Source of the DNA: an uncultured Frankiaceae bacterium
GTDB taxonomy: Bacteria > Actinomycetota > Actinomycetes > BP-191
Assembly (NCBI GenBank): GCA_964651395.1
Contig: CAZYXZ010000005.1
Location: 5,007 to 69,006 of the forward strand
Length of the DNA stretch: 64,000 nucleotides
Direction of reading: 5' to 3'
A program made the position numbers and the translations under genes. The notes under the pieces were generated by a model. It made no database searches. It was not told where the DNA came from and was given only the letters and a program-made list of their open reading frames with translations. Of the stretch, positions 30,596 to 39,974 are shown one piece after another (the stretch's first letter is position 1; every line of letters starts with the position of its first letter).

Positions 30596-31748
30596 GAAGC
30601 CATTGTCCGCTCAGGCGGTGCTGGCCGGTCGGAGCGCACTGGGAAAGGATGCCGAGGTGCCGTCGCCGACCCACGTCATCGCCTTCCACCTGCCGCAGTT
30701 CCATCCGATCGCGCAGAACGACGAGTGGTGGGGCCCTGGCTTCACGGAGTGGACGAACGTGGTGAGGGCGAAGCAGTTGTTTCGCGGGCATGCGCAGCCG
30801 CGTTTGCCGTCCGAACTGGGTTTCTACGACCTTCGCAGTTCGGAAACCCGCGCGGCGCAGGCTCAACTTGCCCGCGAGCATGGCGTGACGGCGTTCTGCT
30901 ACTGGCACTACTGGTTCGCGGGTCGGCGGCTGCTCGAGCGTCCGGTGGATGAGGTCGTGCAGTCGGGCGAGCCCGACTTTCCGTTCTGTCTTGCCTGGGC
31001 CAACCAGAGCTGGACCGGCATCTGGCACGGCGCACCGGATCGCACTCTGATCGAGCAGACGTACCCGGGTCCGCACGATGATCGAGCTCACTTCGAGTCA
31101 CTGCTGCCGGCCTTGACGGACCCGCGCTACGTCACCGTGAACGGCTGGCCCCTGCTCTACGTCTTCCGGCCGGAGGATCTGCCCGATCCCGCCGCATTCG
31201 TGCGTCGGTGGCGCGAGATGGCGAAAGCATCGGGCCTGTCTGGTCTATATCTCGTCGCGGAGATTTCCGACCTGCTGGGCCGTGGTCCGAAGTACAGCCA
31301 CGTTGCCGAACACGGCTGGGATGCGGGGGCATACATCCGGCTCCCTGCGCGGCAGCGCCGGCAAGACATCTTGATCATGCGGCTGCGTCGCAAGCTTCGC
31401 GGTGGGCCCGAGGTCTATCCCTACAGCGAGGTGAGGTATCCGACACCGGATCTGGACGGACGGATCCTGCCCAGCGTCTACCCGAACTGGGACAACACTC
31501 CAAGGTCGGGGCGCAGCGGCTTGGTCCTGCAGGGGGCGTCGCCAGCACGGTTCCGTCAGCAGCTGCGTGCGGCTCTCGCGAGCCTCGAGCCGCTTCCCAG
31601 GGCTGAACGAATCGTGTTCATCAAGTCGTGGAACGAGTGGGCGGAGGGCAACCACCTCGAGCCCGACGTGGCCTATGGGAGGGGCTGGCTGGAAGCCCTA
31701 CAGGCCGAGGTCGCAGACTCGGTCAGCGCCGCCGTCGCCCGGAGCTGA
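30585..31748 (+). CDS. WbsX-like glycosyltransferase (GH99-like fold) family protein
   Basis: AFHLPQFHPIAQNDEWWGPGFTEWTNV is the hallmark WbsX-family N-terminal motif (from memory). Confidence 0.65.
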   Translation: MIRMKPLSAQAVLAGRSALGKDAEVPSPTHVIAFHLPQFHPIAQNDEWWGPGFTEWTNVVRAKQLFRGHAQPRLPSELGFYDLRSSETRAAQAQLAREHGVTAFCYWHYWFAGRRLLERPVDEVVQSGEPDFPFCLAWANQSWTGIWHGAPDRTLIEQTYPGPHDDRAHFESLLPALTDPRYVTVNGWPLLYVFRPEDLPDPAAFVRRWREMAKASGLSGLYLVAEISDLLGRGPKYSHVAEHGWDAGAYIRLPARQRRQDILIMRLRRKLRGGPEVYPYSEVRYPTPDLDGRILPSVYPNWDNTPRSGRSGLVLQGASPARFRQQLRAALASLEPLPRAERIVFIKSWNEWAEGNHLEPDVAYGRGWLEALQAEVADSVSAAVARS

Positions 31749-32535
31749 GCCGGCCGACGCCGCCACTAATGACCCGTCGCGCGATACGACCCCACGGGCG
31801 CGACCTGCGGCTGATCGAGGAGTTGACTGTCCAGCCAGCCGGGCACGTACCAGGGCCCCGGCGGAGCGCGATCAGGTCGGGGAAGACCATCATCTGATCG
31901 ATCAGGTCAGGCCGGCTGCCGTGCAGACGTACCAGTCGGTCGACGACTGGGTGCAGTGACGGGAGATGACCCCACGGATGGCGGGCCGCTTGGAACTCGG
32001 GCTGTAGCGCCCACGCCCAGTCCTCGATGACGTAGTGGGCGCCCGCCGGAAGCACCGGGAAGAGGATCTCGAAGCTCCGCATCGTCGGCTTCCGCATGTG
32101 AGAGCAGTCATCGATGATCAGATCCAACGGCTGAAGCCCGCGCTCGGCGATGACGCGCTGGAGCGACTGCGCATCGGTCTGGTCCACACCCCAGTACATC
32201 TTCAGGCGGTCGCGCCCACGTCTGCGCAGCCAGGCCGTGAAGTACTCGCTGTCTTCCTTGTTCCTGATGTCGATCGCTGCGTACTTCTCCAGGCCGAGCG
32301 CTTCGACCCAGAATGCCGCACTGCCACCGTCCCAGATGCCCAGCTCGAGAACTCGTCGTGGCGCGTGCTCGAGCGTGCTCAGAAATCGTTCGTACTGCTC
32401 GAGCTGGCTTCGATTCTTGTAGAAGTGGAATCCGTCGGTAGCGGTCTCGGCCACGGCTTGGTGCTGCAGGACGAACTTGCACCCGGCGAGAAGGAAGTGA
32501 TCGCCACGCCACTCCAGGGCTTCCGTCAACTGCAT
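31723..32535 (-). CDS. Class I SAM-dependent methyltransferase (CmcI/TylF-like sugar methyltransferase fold)
   Basis: Only the C-terminal 270 aa of the 569-aa ORF are methyltransferase-like (VLELGIWDGGSAAFW, IDDCSH). The start is set at the internal Met; the upstream part is antisense to the real + gene at 32602. Confidence 0.55.
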   Translation of the reverse strand: MQLTEALEWRGDHFLLAGCKFVLQHQAVAETATDGFHFYKNRSQLEQYERFLSTLEHAPRRVLELGIWDGGSAAFWVEALGLEKYAAIDIRNKEDSEYFTAWLRRRGRDRLKMYWGVDQTDAQSLQRVIAERGLQPLDLIIDDCSHMRKPTMRSFEILFPVLPAGAHYVIEDWAWALQPEFQAARHPWGHLPSLHPVVDRLVRLHGSRPDLIDQMMVFPDLIALRRGPGTCPAGWTVNSSISRRSRPWGRIARRVISGGVGRLSSGRRRR

Positions 32536-32601
32536 GCGGGGCACGCTACATCGAGGCAGCGAACGGGCTGACCGCCGAGTCCTCGCCGCTAGGCTTGCCG
32601 G

Positions 32602-33573
32602 GTGGAATCCAATCCGTGCCGGATCTGCCAGAGATCGGGTATGCGACCGGCACTGCGAGTGGCCTTTCCGTCGATCGGCCCGTCCGGCCGTCAGGCCTGG
32701 CGTCTGGACGAGGTTCCCGATGCGGACACCTGGCTGCTCGCCCGCTGCGACAACTGCGGCGTGTGTTACCCCGACCCGTTCCCCGCAGAGGACGAAATCA
32801 GATCGTTCTACGCGACCGGGGCAGACAGCAACCAGTGGGAAATCGAGCACTACGTGGCCATCCCCGAGGGAAAGGTGGCGGGTTGGGCCGACTTCGCAGA
32901 CCGGCTCACGAGACTCAACGGCGGGCCGGGCAGGGCCCTGGAGGTCGGATGCGCGGCCGGCCATCTGCTGGCCGCGCTGGCTGCACTCGGCTGGGAGGTC
33001 ATGGGGATCGAGATTGCGCCGAAGTTCACACGCGAGCTGGCGGCGCGCGGCCTGCCGCATGTGGAGGGCACCGTGCAGGACCTCGAGGAACGACACGGCA
33101 CGTTCGACGTGATCGTCATGATCGATGTCCTCGAGCACTTGACCGACCCGGTCCGGGAGCTGCAGGTCCTCGGCGAGCGTCTCACCGACCGCGGCCGCCT
33201 GGTCGTGGCCACGTGCGACGTCGGGAGTCTGGCCGCACGTTGGTACCGCACACGCTGGCGGCAGTACGTGGTGAGCCACACGTTCTACTGGACTGCGGCG
33301 AGCCTGCGGGCCGCATGTGCCCGTGCCGGGCTTCGTGTCATCGACCTGAGCTCGTTCCGCTATTGGGATCCGGACCCCGCACGCATGCGACGCAGGCGCA
33401 CCCGGGAGGCGCTCAAGCTCCTTGCTCGGCATGTGCTGACACGGTCATACGTGCCTGCCGCTGCACGGTGGCCGAAGCTGCACTCGGACAAGATGTCGTT
33501 CAAGGTCGGTGACCAGCCGGTGATGTCCGAGGTGGCCCTGGTCGTGGCTACCAAGATGCCGCCGCCCGATTGA
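32602..33573 (+). CDS. SAM-dependent methyltransferase with N-terminal CxxC...CxxC zinc ribbon (sugar C/O-methyltransferase-like)
   Basis: CRICQ...CDNCGVC zinc ribbon followed by LEVGCAAGHLL (motif I). Confidence 0.7.
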   Translation: MESNPCRICQRSGMRPALRVAFPSIGPSGRQAWRLDEVPDADTWLLARCDNCGVCYPDPFPAEDEIRSFYATGADSNQWEIEHYVAIPEGKVAGWADFADRLTRLNGGPGRALEVGCAAGHLLAALAALGWEVMGIEIAPKFTRELAARGLPHVEGTVQDLEERHGTFDVIVMIDVLEHLTDPVRELQVLGERLTDRGRLVVATCDVGSLAARWYRTRWRQYVVSHTFYWTAASLRAACARAGLRVIDLSSFRYWDPDPARMRRRRTREALKLLARHVLTRSYVPAAARWPKLHSDKMSFKVGDQPVMSEVALVVATKMPPPD

Positions 33574-33596
33574 GGTTGTCGAAGAGAGGGTCGCCG

Positions 33597-34652
33597 GTGC
33601 GTCTCACCGTCGTTCGCTCCCTCGAGACGGAGGGCTACGGCGCCGCGACGTACAACTCGCGGGTGGTTGCGCTGCTTGCGGATCGAATCCCAGACGGAGT
33701 ACGGGACATCGAGGTCGGGCCCCTGAGGGCGAGACACCACCGTGGCAGGCATCTACCGGCCGGGGTCACAGCACGGCTGCCGTTGACAGGTGCCCGGGCC
33801 TTGGGAGCATCCCTTTGGGGCGCTGGCCCGGTGCATCGGATGGATGTCCGGCTTCCCCCAGCACGCCATGAGGTCGTGACGGTGCTTGACCTTGCTCCCC
33901 ACCATTTCGCCGACGAGGGCACCATCCCCAGCTTCTCTCTGGCGTCCGTAGCCCACGCGCGGGGCGTCATTTGTCTGAGTGCATTCGTAGCCCGCGAGGC
34001 GACCGAGCTGCTCGGGGCGCGGAGGACGTGGGTAGCCCCCCCTGGGGTCGACGAGCGCTTCTTCACAGCTTGCCCACTCTCGCGCGACGAACGAACTCAA
34101 CTGGGCCTCCCTCCGGGCCGGTACCTCCTCCACGCCGGTGGAGGCACCCATCGCAAGGGTCTCGATCTGCTCGCGGCGGCCTGGCGTGAGGTTGCGGCGC
34201 GACACCCGGACGTGAGCCTCGTGATGACGGGTCCGACCGCGCCGGCGCGAGCGCGCTTCGACGCCCTGCCCCGGGCGTGCTTCCTCGGGCACGTCGACGG
34301 CGCTGCACTGGCCGGCCTCATGGCTGGCGCGGAAGGCGTCGTCGTGTCATCGCGCTACGAGGGGTGGGGGATGCCGGCGGCGGAGGCGCTCGCTGCTGGC
34401 ACGGCTGTTGTCGCTTGCGACGTGAGCTCATTGCCCGAGGTCGTGGGCGACGTTGGCATCCTGGTTGCGCCGGAGCCAGCAGCAGTGGCGGCGGGCATGG
34501 ACACCGTCTTGCGGGGCGGACCGAGTGACGAGCGTGAGGTGAGGGCTCGCCGCGGCTGGGCTGGACAGTTCTCATGGGACGCGACCGTGACCAGGCATCT
34601 CGAGGCATACGAGGCGTGCTTCGATTCGTGGCCACCTGGTCGCGGTGACTGA
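33597..34652 (+). CDS. Glycosyltransferase family 4
   Basis: GTG start with an AGAGAGG RBS. SRYEGWGMPAAEALAAGTAVVA C-terminal motif. Confidence 0.75.
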   Translation: MRLTVVRSLETEGYGAATYNSRVVALLADRIPDGVRDIEVGPLRARHHRGRHLPAGVTARLPLTGARALGASLWGAGPVHRMDVRLPPARHEVVTVLDLAPHHFADEGTIPSFSLASVAHARGVICLSAFVAREATELLGARRTWVAPPGVDERFFTACPLSRDERTQLGLPPGRYLLHAGGGTHRKGLDLLAAAWREVAARHPDVSLVMTGPTAPARARFDALPRACFLGHVDGAALAGLMAGAEGVVVSSRYEGWGMPAAEALAAGTAVVACDVSSLPEVVGDVGILVAPEPAAVAAGMDTVLRGGPSDEREVRARRGWAGQFSWDATVTRHLEAYEACFDSWPPGRGD

Positions 34653-36256
34653 TGGCGATGCTGCCGAATGAACCGCCGGGTGGGCACACGCCTGTGCAGC
34701 CCGTGCTGGCCGCGCGCGACGTGCAGTCCAGAACTCTGCGTGGGTCGCTGTGGGGCCTGGTGGCTGCAGCTGCGGGCGTGCCGCTCGCGGTCGTCTCCAC
34801 AGTCGTTCTCACTCGAACGCTCAGCCCACGAGACTTCGGCCGCTATGCACTCCTCGCATTCCTGGTACCCACGGCAATCAGCTTGACGGACCTGGGAGCC
34901 ACCAATGCCTTCCTGCAGCGGGGGGCAGCAGCGCTCGGCGCTGGTGACAAGGAGACGCTTCGCCGTACCTGTGGCCAGGCCACGACCTGGAGCCTGGCTC
35001 GGTGGCCAGCACTGGTGGTCGCCTCCGCATTTCTCTTCAGGGATGTTCTCGCCGTGGTGTTGATCAGCGTGGTCGGCGTGGTGGCTGTCGTCTGCGCCGG
35101 CAAGGGGATCGCGCTGCTGAGTTCCATCCGGAACGCCGACCTGGCGCGGATCTACCTGCTGGCCAACACTCTGGGAACGGCGACCACGGTCTTGCTGGCT
35201 GTCCAGAGATCGAGTCCTGAACGCGTGTTCCTCGGGGGTATGGCTGTCCACCACCTGGCCATGATCTTGCAATTGAGGCTGGACACGGCGGGCTCTGTCC
35301 GGACACGTGATTGCCTTCGCCCGGCTCGCCTCACTGGACTTGCCCAGGACCTGAGATTCGGCTCAGGGATCTATGCCAGTCAGACGATGACCAACCTGGC
35401 TTTGGGCAGATCGGAGTTGGCGTTCTTCGGAGCAGGTCAGGTGCAGGAGCGTGCTGTGTATGCGGGCGCCTTCACCATGGCCAGCCGTCTGACCCTCCCC
35501 TTCGATGCGCTCTTCGGCGCGCTCGCTCCGGGGCTGAGCGCGATCACGGCGGACGACGACGCTTGGCGTGCAGGCCGGGACCGCAGCCTTCGGCTCAGCG
35601 GGGGTTTGTTTACGCTGCTGGCAGGTCCCTTGCTGTTTCTCGTCGTCGTCGGGGCCGACCTGCTGTTCCCGTCGTCGTATGCCGGCCTTGGTGAAGCAGC
35701 TGTGCTGCTCGCCGGCGCCTCGCTGCTGGTCAGCAGCTGCAGCGCCATTCCCAACATCCACTTCGCATCCAGGCGAGTGGCGCCGCTATTGGTGGCCGCT
35801 GGCGTCGGCCTGGCCGTCAACGTCGCAGTGTGTGTCCTGCTCATCCCCGCGTTCGGCCTGGCCGGCGCTGTGGCCGCGAACGTCATCGGCGCGCTCGTCT
35901 ATTCAGTGGCGCTGCTCATACCGATGGCCGTCGGCGCTGACGGAGCTGCCGCCAGAAGGTTCGCCGCGGTGGTCCTGACCTCGCTCGGTTCTGCAACCAC
36001 CATCGCAGTGGCTGCGACAGCCATCGATTCACGGCCCGCCCGCTGGGTCGGGGCGGCGCTGGGGGGACTTGCCGCAACACTCCTTGTAGCGAGGCTCGGC
36101 AAGTTGCTGCTTCCTTCAGATGTTGCGGCTGCAGCTGGCGCGCTGCCGGCGAGGCTGTCAGTTCCGCTCGTTCGGCTCCTCGCGGGCGCCACGATTCCAC
36201 TTTCGCCGCATGACCCGGTAGGTGCTGGCGAGGAGCACACGGATGAGTCGCCGTAA
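34652..36256 (+). CDS. Wzx-like oligosaccharide flippase (MOP superfamily polysaccharide biosynthesis protein)
   Basis: 534 aa, about 12-14 TM helices. The position in the locus fits a Wzx flippase. Confidence 0.7.
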   Translation: MAMLPNEPPGGHTPVQPVLAARDVQSRTLRGSLWGLVAAAAGVPLAVVSTVVLTRTLSPRDFGRYALLAFLVPTAISLTDLGATNAFLQRGAAALGAGDKETLRRTCGQATTWSLARWPALVVASAFLFRDVLAVVLISVVGVVAVVCAGKGIALLSSIRNADLARIYLLANTLGTATTVLLAVQRSSPERVFLGGMAVHHLAMILQLRLDTAGSVRTRDCLRPARLTGLAQDLRFGSGIYASQTMTNLALGRSELAFFGAGQVQERAVYAGAFTMASRLTLPFDALFGALAPGLSAITADDDAWRAGRDRSLRLSGGLFTLLAGPLLFLVVVGADLLFPSSYAGLGEAAVLLAGASLLVSSCSAIPNIHFASRRVAPLLVAAGVGLAVNVAVCVLLIPAFGLAGAVAANVIGALVYSVALLIPMAVGADGAAARRFAAVVLTSLGSATTIAVAATAIDSRPARWVGAALGGLAATLLVARLGKLLLPSDVAAAAGALPARLSVPLVRLLAGATIPLSPHDPVGAGEEHTDESP

Positions 36257-37024
36257 CTCGACAGGTCGCACGCGTACCCGCGCCGCCAGCCACACGCCGG
36301 CGCGGGGCATGAGAACGGTGGGTCTGGGCCAGCCCGCCCAGTGGTAGACGGGACTGTCGTCAGGCCGGTCAAGCATCATTAGCGCCGAGACTGGTCGGTC
36401 CCCTCGCGTGAGCCGATCGGCGCGGATACCACCCTCGTCGATGAGGAAGTTGAAGAAGGGTTGCTCACCGGTCGGTGCAAATCCGCCCTTGCGAGACACC
36501 CCATCAGCGAGGAGGGATCTGGCCATCTCCAGGGACAGTGCTCCCCGGTTTGCTGCCCACACTCCGGTGTTCCAGCCGCGCGCGCCGTACTGCTGCTGCA
36601 TCTCTACGGCGAGCGCGCCGGTGTAGACAGCTGCCACGTCCTCGTCGGCGAACAGAAGTTGTGAGTCAGATTGAGCCAGCTCAGTCAACAGCCAGGACAG
36701 TGGCTGCCGCACTAGTACGTCGCAGTCGAGGAAGACGAAGCTCTGATATGGGCCGTCGAAGGTGGCCAGCTTGCGGAACAGACGTTGCCCGACGACGTTG
36801 TCGGCAAAGAACGCGGCACCCAGCTCGTCCCATTGTTCCAGCGTCCCCATGTCCTCCCAGTGACCGATCCCGTAGGTCTCAGCGACCTGGCTGATCAACC
36901 TGTTCGGGCCTCCGAACGGAATCAGCAGGACTTCCGCGTGTGGCTCGTGTCTTCTCAGGGTCGACATCGCCACGGACGCCCATTCGACAACGGCGTCGTC
37001 GCCCAGCAGGTAGTAGCCGTTCAC
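36158..37024 (-). CDS. Hypothetical protein, possible GT-A-like nucleotide-sugar transferase (DXD-like FLDCDVLV)
   Basis: 288 aa with coding GC3. ATGA-coupled to the upstream methyltransferase. Family assignment is weak. Confidence 0.4.
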   Translation of the reverse strand: MNGYYLLGDDAVVEWASVAMSTLRRHEPHAEVLLIPFGGPNRLISQVAETYGIGHWEDMGTLEQWDELGAAFFADNVVGQRLFRKLATFDGPYQSFVFLDCDVLVRQPLSWLLTELAQSDSQLLFADEDVAAVYTGALAVEMQQQYGARGWNTGVWAANRGALSLEMARSLLADGVSRKGGFAPTGEQPFFNFLIDEGGIRADRLTRGDRPVSALMMLDRPDDSPVYHWAGWPRPTVLMPRAGVWLAARVRVRPVELRRLIRVLLASTYRVMRRKWNRGAREEPNERN

Positions 37025-37833
37025 AGATGTGGGGAACAGACGGCCCAGCGCATCCGCTCCGGGCGATATTCGCTCAGAGCATGCTGGGCGTCGGCCACCG
37101 AGAGGAGGTCGAGGCTTTCCCGTACTCGCTCCGGACTCAGATGTGCTTCGTCGATCACGGTAACTAGGTGGGTTGGGGCGAGACGGTCCAGCACGACTGT
37201 TGTGATGGTCCGATCGACGAAGTCATGCAGCTCGACCACGATGTCGGCACTTGCGAGATTGGGCATCTTGTCTGGGCGCAGGAGCGTCAGCTCTGCGCCC
37301 TCCACATCCATGATCAACAAGCATCCGGGTTCCAGCAGTGCATCCAACTCAGTGGCGTCAACTTCGCCGCGAACGGCAACACGCTGATCGACTTCATTCA
37401 GCTGAGCCAGCCGGCGACACAGCTCACGGGCCCTCCTGTCTACGTCGATGGCGATGACGATGGCCTCCGGCAGGCGCCTGGCAAGCCCCACGGCGTAGTA
37501 GCCCTCAGCGGAGCCCACGTCGATGACCGTTCTGGGTCCCCTTTCGATGAGGTGCTCCAAGGGCTCGTGCAGCGCGCTCTCGTATGAACCCAGGACCTTC
37601 GGCCAGTAGGCGCTGCCGTAGGCTTCATCGATATACCTCATGCCGGCGAACGGCCCGGTGACAACGACGGCGGGCTGTCCGCGGAGAACGGCGCGGGAGA
37701 TGCGGCTGTTGCGAGCCTGAGCATGTCGACGCAGTAGACGTCTCCGCGGGTTCTGGTCCCACATCGTGGCAAGCCGTTCCACGACTGAAGTAGGGAGAGA
37801 TCGCGTCCCCCAGTTCTTGACCGCGTGACTCAT
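37021..37833 (-). CDS. Class I SAM-dependent methyltransferase
   Basis: VIDVGSAEGYY motif I. Start taken at the internal Met (MSHAVKNW...). Confidence 0.6.
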   Translation of the reverse strand: MSHAVKNWGTRSLPTSVVERLATMWDQNPRRRLLRRHAQARNSRISRAVLRGQPAVVVTGPFAGMRYIDEAYGSAYWPKVLGSYESALHEPLEHLIERGPRTVIDVGSAEGYYAVGLARRLPEAIVIAIDVDRRARELCRRLAQLNEVDQRVAVRGEVDATELDALLEPGCLLIMDVEGAELTLLRPDKMPNLASADIVVELHDFVDRTITTVVLDRLAPTHLVTVIDEAHLSPERVRESLDLLSVADAQHALSEYRPERMRWAVCSPHL

Positions 37834-37915
37834 TCGGTGCCAGGCAGGCGACGTCGGTGACGGTATGTGATCTTCGGTCACGCGCAGTTCTCCTTTGCCG
37901 ACAGCGGTGTGCGGG

Positions 37916-38749
37916 CTACCGCGATCGTGCGGCACGGTTGCGCAGCCGGCGAAGAGCGTTGAACACCGGAGCAGGTGCGTGATCGCGGATCACCGCGCGC
38001 ACGTAGCGCCCTAGAGGTCCGGGAATCGGCGGCACGACGTCCTCGCTCCCCGGCCGCTTCTGGAACCGGGTCGGATGGGAAACCCGGAGGCGCCTCACGG
38101 GCGCCGTGTAGTAGTACATCGCGATCGATCGCCGGCACCTCCCGGCCGGCGGAGTGAGCGGCTCCGGGTGACCGTGGTACGACGTCGACGTCGTGGAGAA
38201 AACCACGAGGCGGTTCAGGATTGGGAGCACTCGAACCGTAGGCTCCGTCAGCTGTTGGTCCCAGAGCTCCAGATGACCACCGAACTCTTCGTCCCAATCC
38301 GGGTTGAGGTAGAGGATCGCGTTCAGGCGCCGATCAAGCGCGAGACGCACGTGCTTGTTGAAGTCGGCATGCACCTTGAGAACGCCGCCCTCGGCGATCT
38401 GATGCAACCCACCGCCCTCCAGATGTGGGTCAGGAACAAGTCCGGTAATGCCGGTGAGCAGTTCGAGAAACTCCACGAATACCTGACCGTTGAGCTCGTG
38501 AATGAACTGCACGAGCGGACCAGGGATGAGCGCCTCGTCTCGCAATGAGTACTTTCGCTCGACCACGCTGTCGAAGCGATACCAGTCCTGTGTCGGCTCG
38601 GGGAACACCTCGGCGAGCTGATGGATGAGATCGTCAGGGAGGAAGTTGTCGATCACGACATGCGGGAACGGCACAGCCTGCGCATATGTCGAAGCAAGGT
38701 CCGCCGCTACCGGCAGCAGGTCTTCCCGGTCGAAGCGGAAGGTCGACAT
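37916..38749 (-). CDS. 2OG-Fe(II) oxygenase family protein
   Basis: HADF (HxD) followed by YHGHPEP (distal His). Confidence 0.6.
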   Translation of the reverse strand: MSTFRFDREDLLPVAADLASTYAQAVPFPHVVIDNFLPDDLIHQLAEVFPEPTQDWYRFDSVVERKYSLRDEALIPGPLVQFIHELNGQVFVEFLELLTGITGLVPDPHLEGGGLHQIAEGGVLKVHADFNKHVRLALDRRLNAILYLNPDWDEEFGGHLELWDQQLTEPTVRVLPILNRLVVFSTTSTSYHGHPEPLTPPAGRCRRSIAMYYYTAPVRRLRVSHPTRFQKRPGSEDVVPPIPGPLGRYVRAVIRDHAPAPVFNALRRLRNRAARSR

Positions 38750-38760
38750 GTCGCGCGAGT

Positions 38761-39972
38761 CTAGTGTCGGCGGCCGATGCGCATCCCGGGAACGGCGACC
38801 GGACGCCGGCGGCTGCGTGTGTGTGCAGGCGGGCCGAACTCGGCGATGGCGGCCTGTCGTCCGGTGGGTGCCAGCGGATGGGACTTGGAGACGGCGTCCG
38901 CGTAGAGGTCTGTCTGATCGCGGGCAATCACTGACCAGTCGAACTGTGCTGCTCGGCGGATTCCCACAAGCCGTCGGGTGGCGGTTTGATCCTTGTCCTG
39001 CGCAGCGACCAGCACGGCGTCTGCCAGCGCTCCAACGTCACCATCCGAAACCAATGTGGCGAGTTCCCCGGCAACCTCCGGGATGGCACCTGTGGCGTAA
39101 CCCGCGACGATCGCGCCGCAGGCCTGGGCCTCAACGGCCACGCGACCGAACTGCTCCACCCAGCTACTGGTGACGTGACTCGGCATGAGCAGGACATGCA
39201 TCCGCTGGTACTGCGCGACCAGTTGCTCGTGATCGGCCCACGGTTGGTGTTCTATGGTCAGGCCGGGACACTCGTCCGCTGCGCTCAGGGCCGACTCAAG
39301 CATGTCGCCTGCGCCGACGAGCAAGAGGCGACATGGTCGTTCCGCCGCAACGAGTCGTGCCGTCGTCACGGCATCCGCGACACCTTTGTGTGCCTCGAGT
39401 CGACCCACCAAGCCGAGGACGAGTTCGTCGGCGGACATGTCCTGCCGGCCAGGCGCGAAAAGGCTCGTGTCGAGGCCGAGCGGTATGACGGAGAGCGCAC
39501 CGCTGAAGCCCTTGCCGCGTGCAACCGACGCGGCTTGAGCGCTGCACGCGTAGATGCCGGAGACGCGTTGGAGGGCCCGTCGCTCCCACTGTGCGAAGGG
39601 CGGCGGGTAGCGCTTGTCGAGGTTTTGCGCCGTGTAACACGTCACGGGAAGGCGGGAGCCAACGAGGCGCAGGACTTGGCGCAGCACGGCGCTGACCGGT
39701 TCAGCGTGCACGTCGATCAGATCAGGTCGCACGCTGTCGATGACCGCCGCTAGCGGGCCGCGCTCGTACCAGTGCGCGTTGACGCTTCCCCCGCGCCGGA
39801 CTACTACCTCATGAATAGGGAACGCGTCAGTTGAGAGCCGACGCTCGCTCCCGGCGTCGGGCCACACGTTAGGCACCACGAGATGGATGTCGTTTCCGGC
39901 GTCGACCAGCGCTGCGTCACGCCGTCGGTGCGCGCGGTCACGACCCGCGTGGTAGATCCGCAATACGCGCAC
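38761..39972 (-). CDS. Glycosyltransferase family 4
   Basis: GTG start at VRVLRIYH, two nucleotides after the upstream gene's stop. EQFGRVAVEAQACGAIVA C-terminal motif. Confidence 0.75.
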   Translation of the reverse strand: MRVLRIYHAGRDRAHRRRDAALVDAGNDIHLVVPNVWPDAGSERRLSTDAFPIHEVVVRRGGSVNAHWYERGPLAAVIDSVRPDLIDVHAEPVSAVLRQVLRLVGSRLPVTCYTAQNLDKRYPPPFAQWERRALQRVSGIYACSAQAASVARGKGFSGALSVIPLGLDTSLFAPGRQDMSADELVLGLVGRLEAHKGVADAVTTARLVAAERPCRLLLVGAGDMLESALSAADECPGLTIEHQPWADHEQLVAQYQRMHVLLMPSHVTSSWVEQFGRVAVEAQACGAIVAGYATGAIPEVAGELATLVSDGDVGALADAVLVAAQDKDQTATRRLVGIRRAAQFDWSVIARDQTDLYADAVSKSHPLAPTGRQAAIAEFGPPAHTRSRRRPVAVPGMRIGRRH

Positions 39973-39974
39973 GA

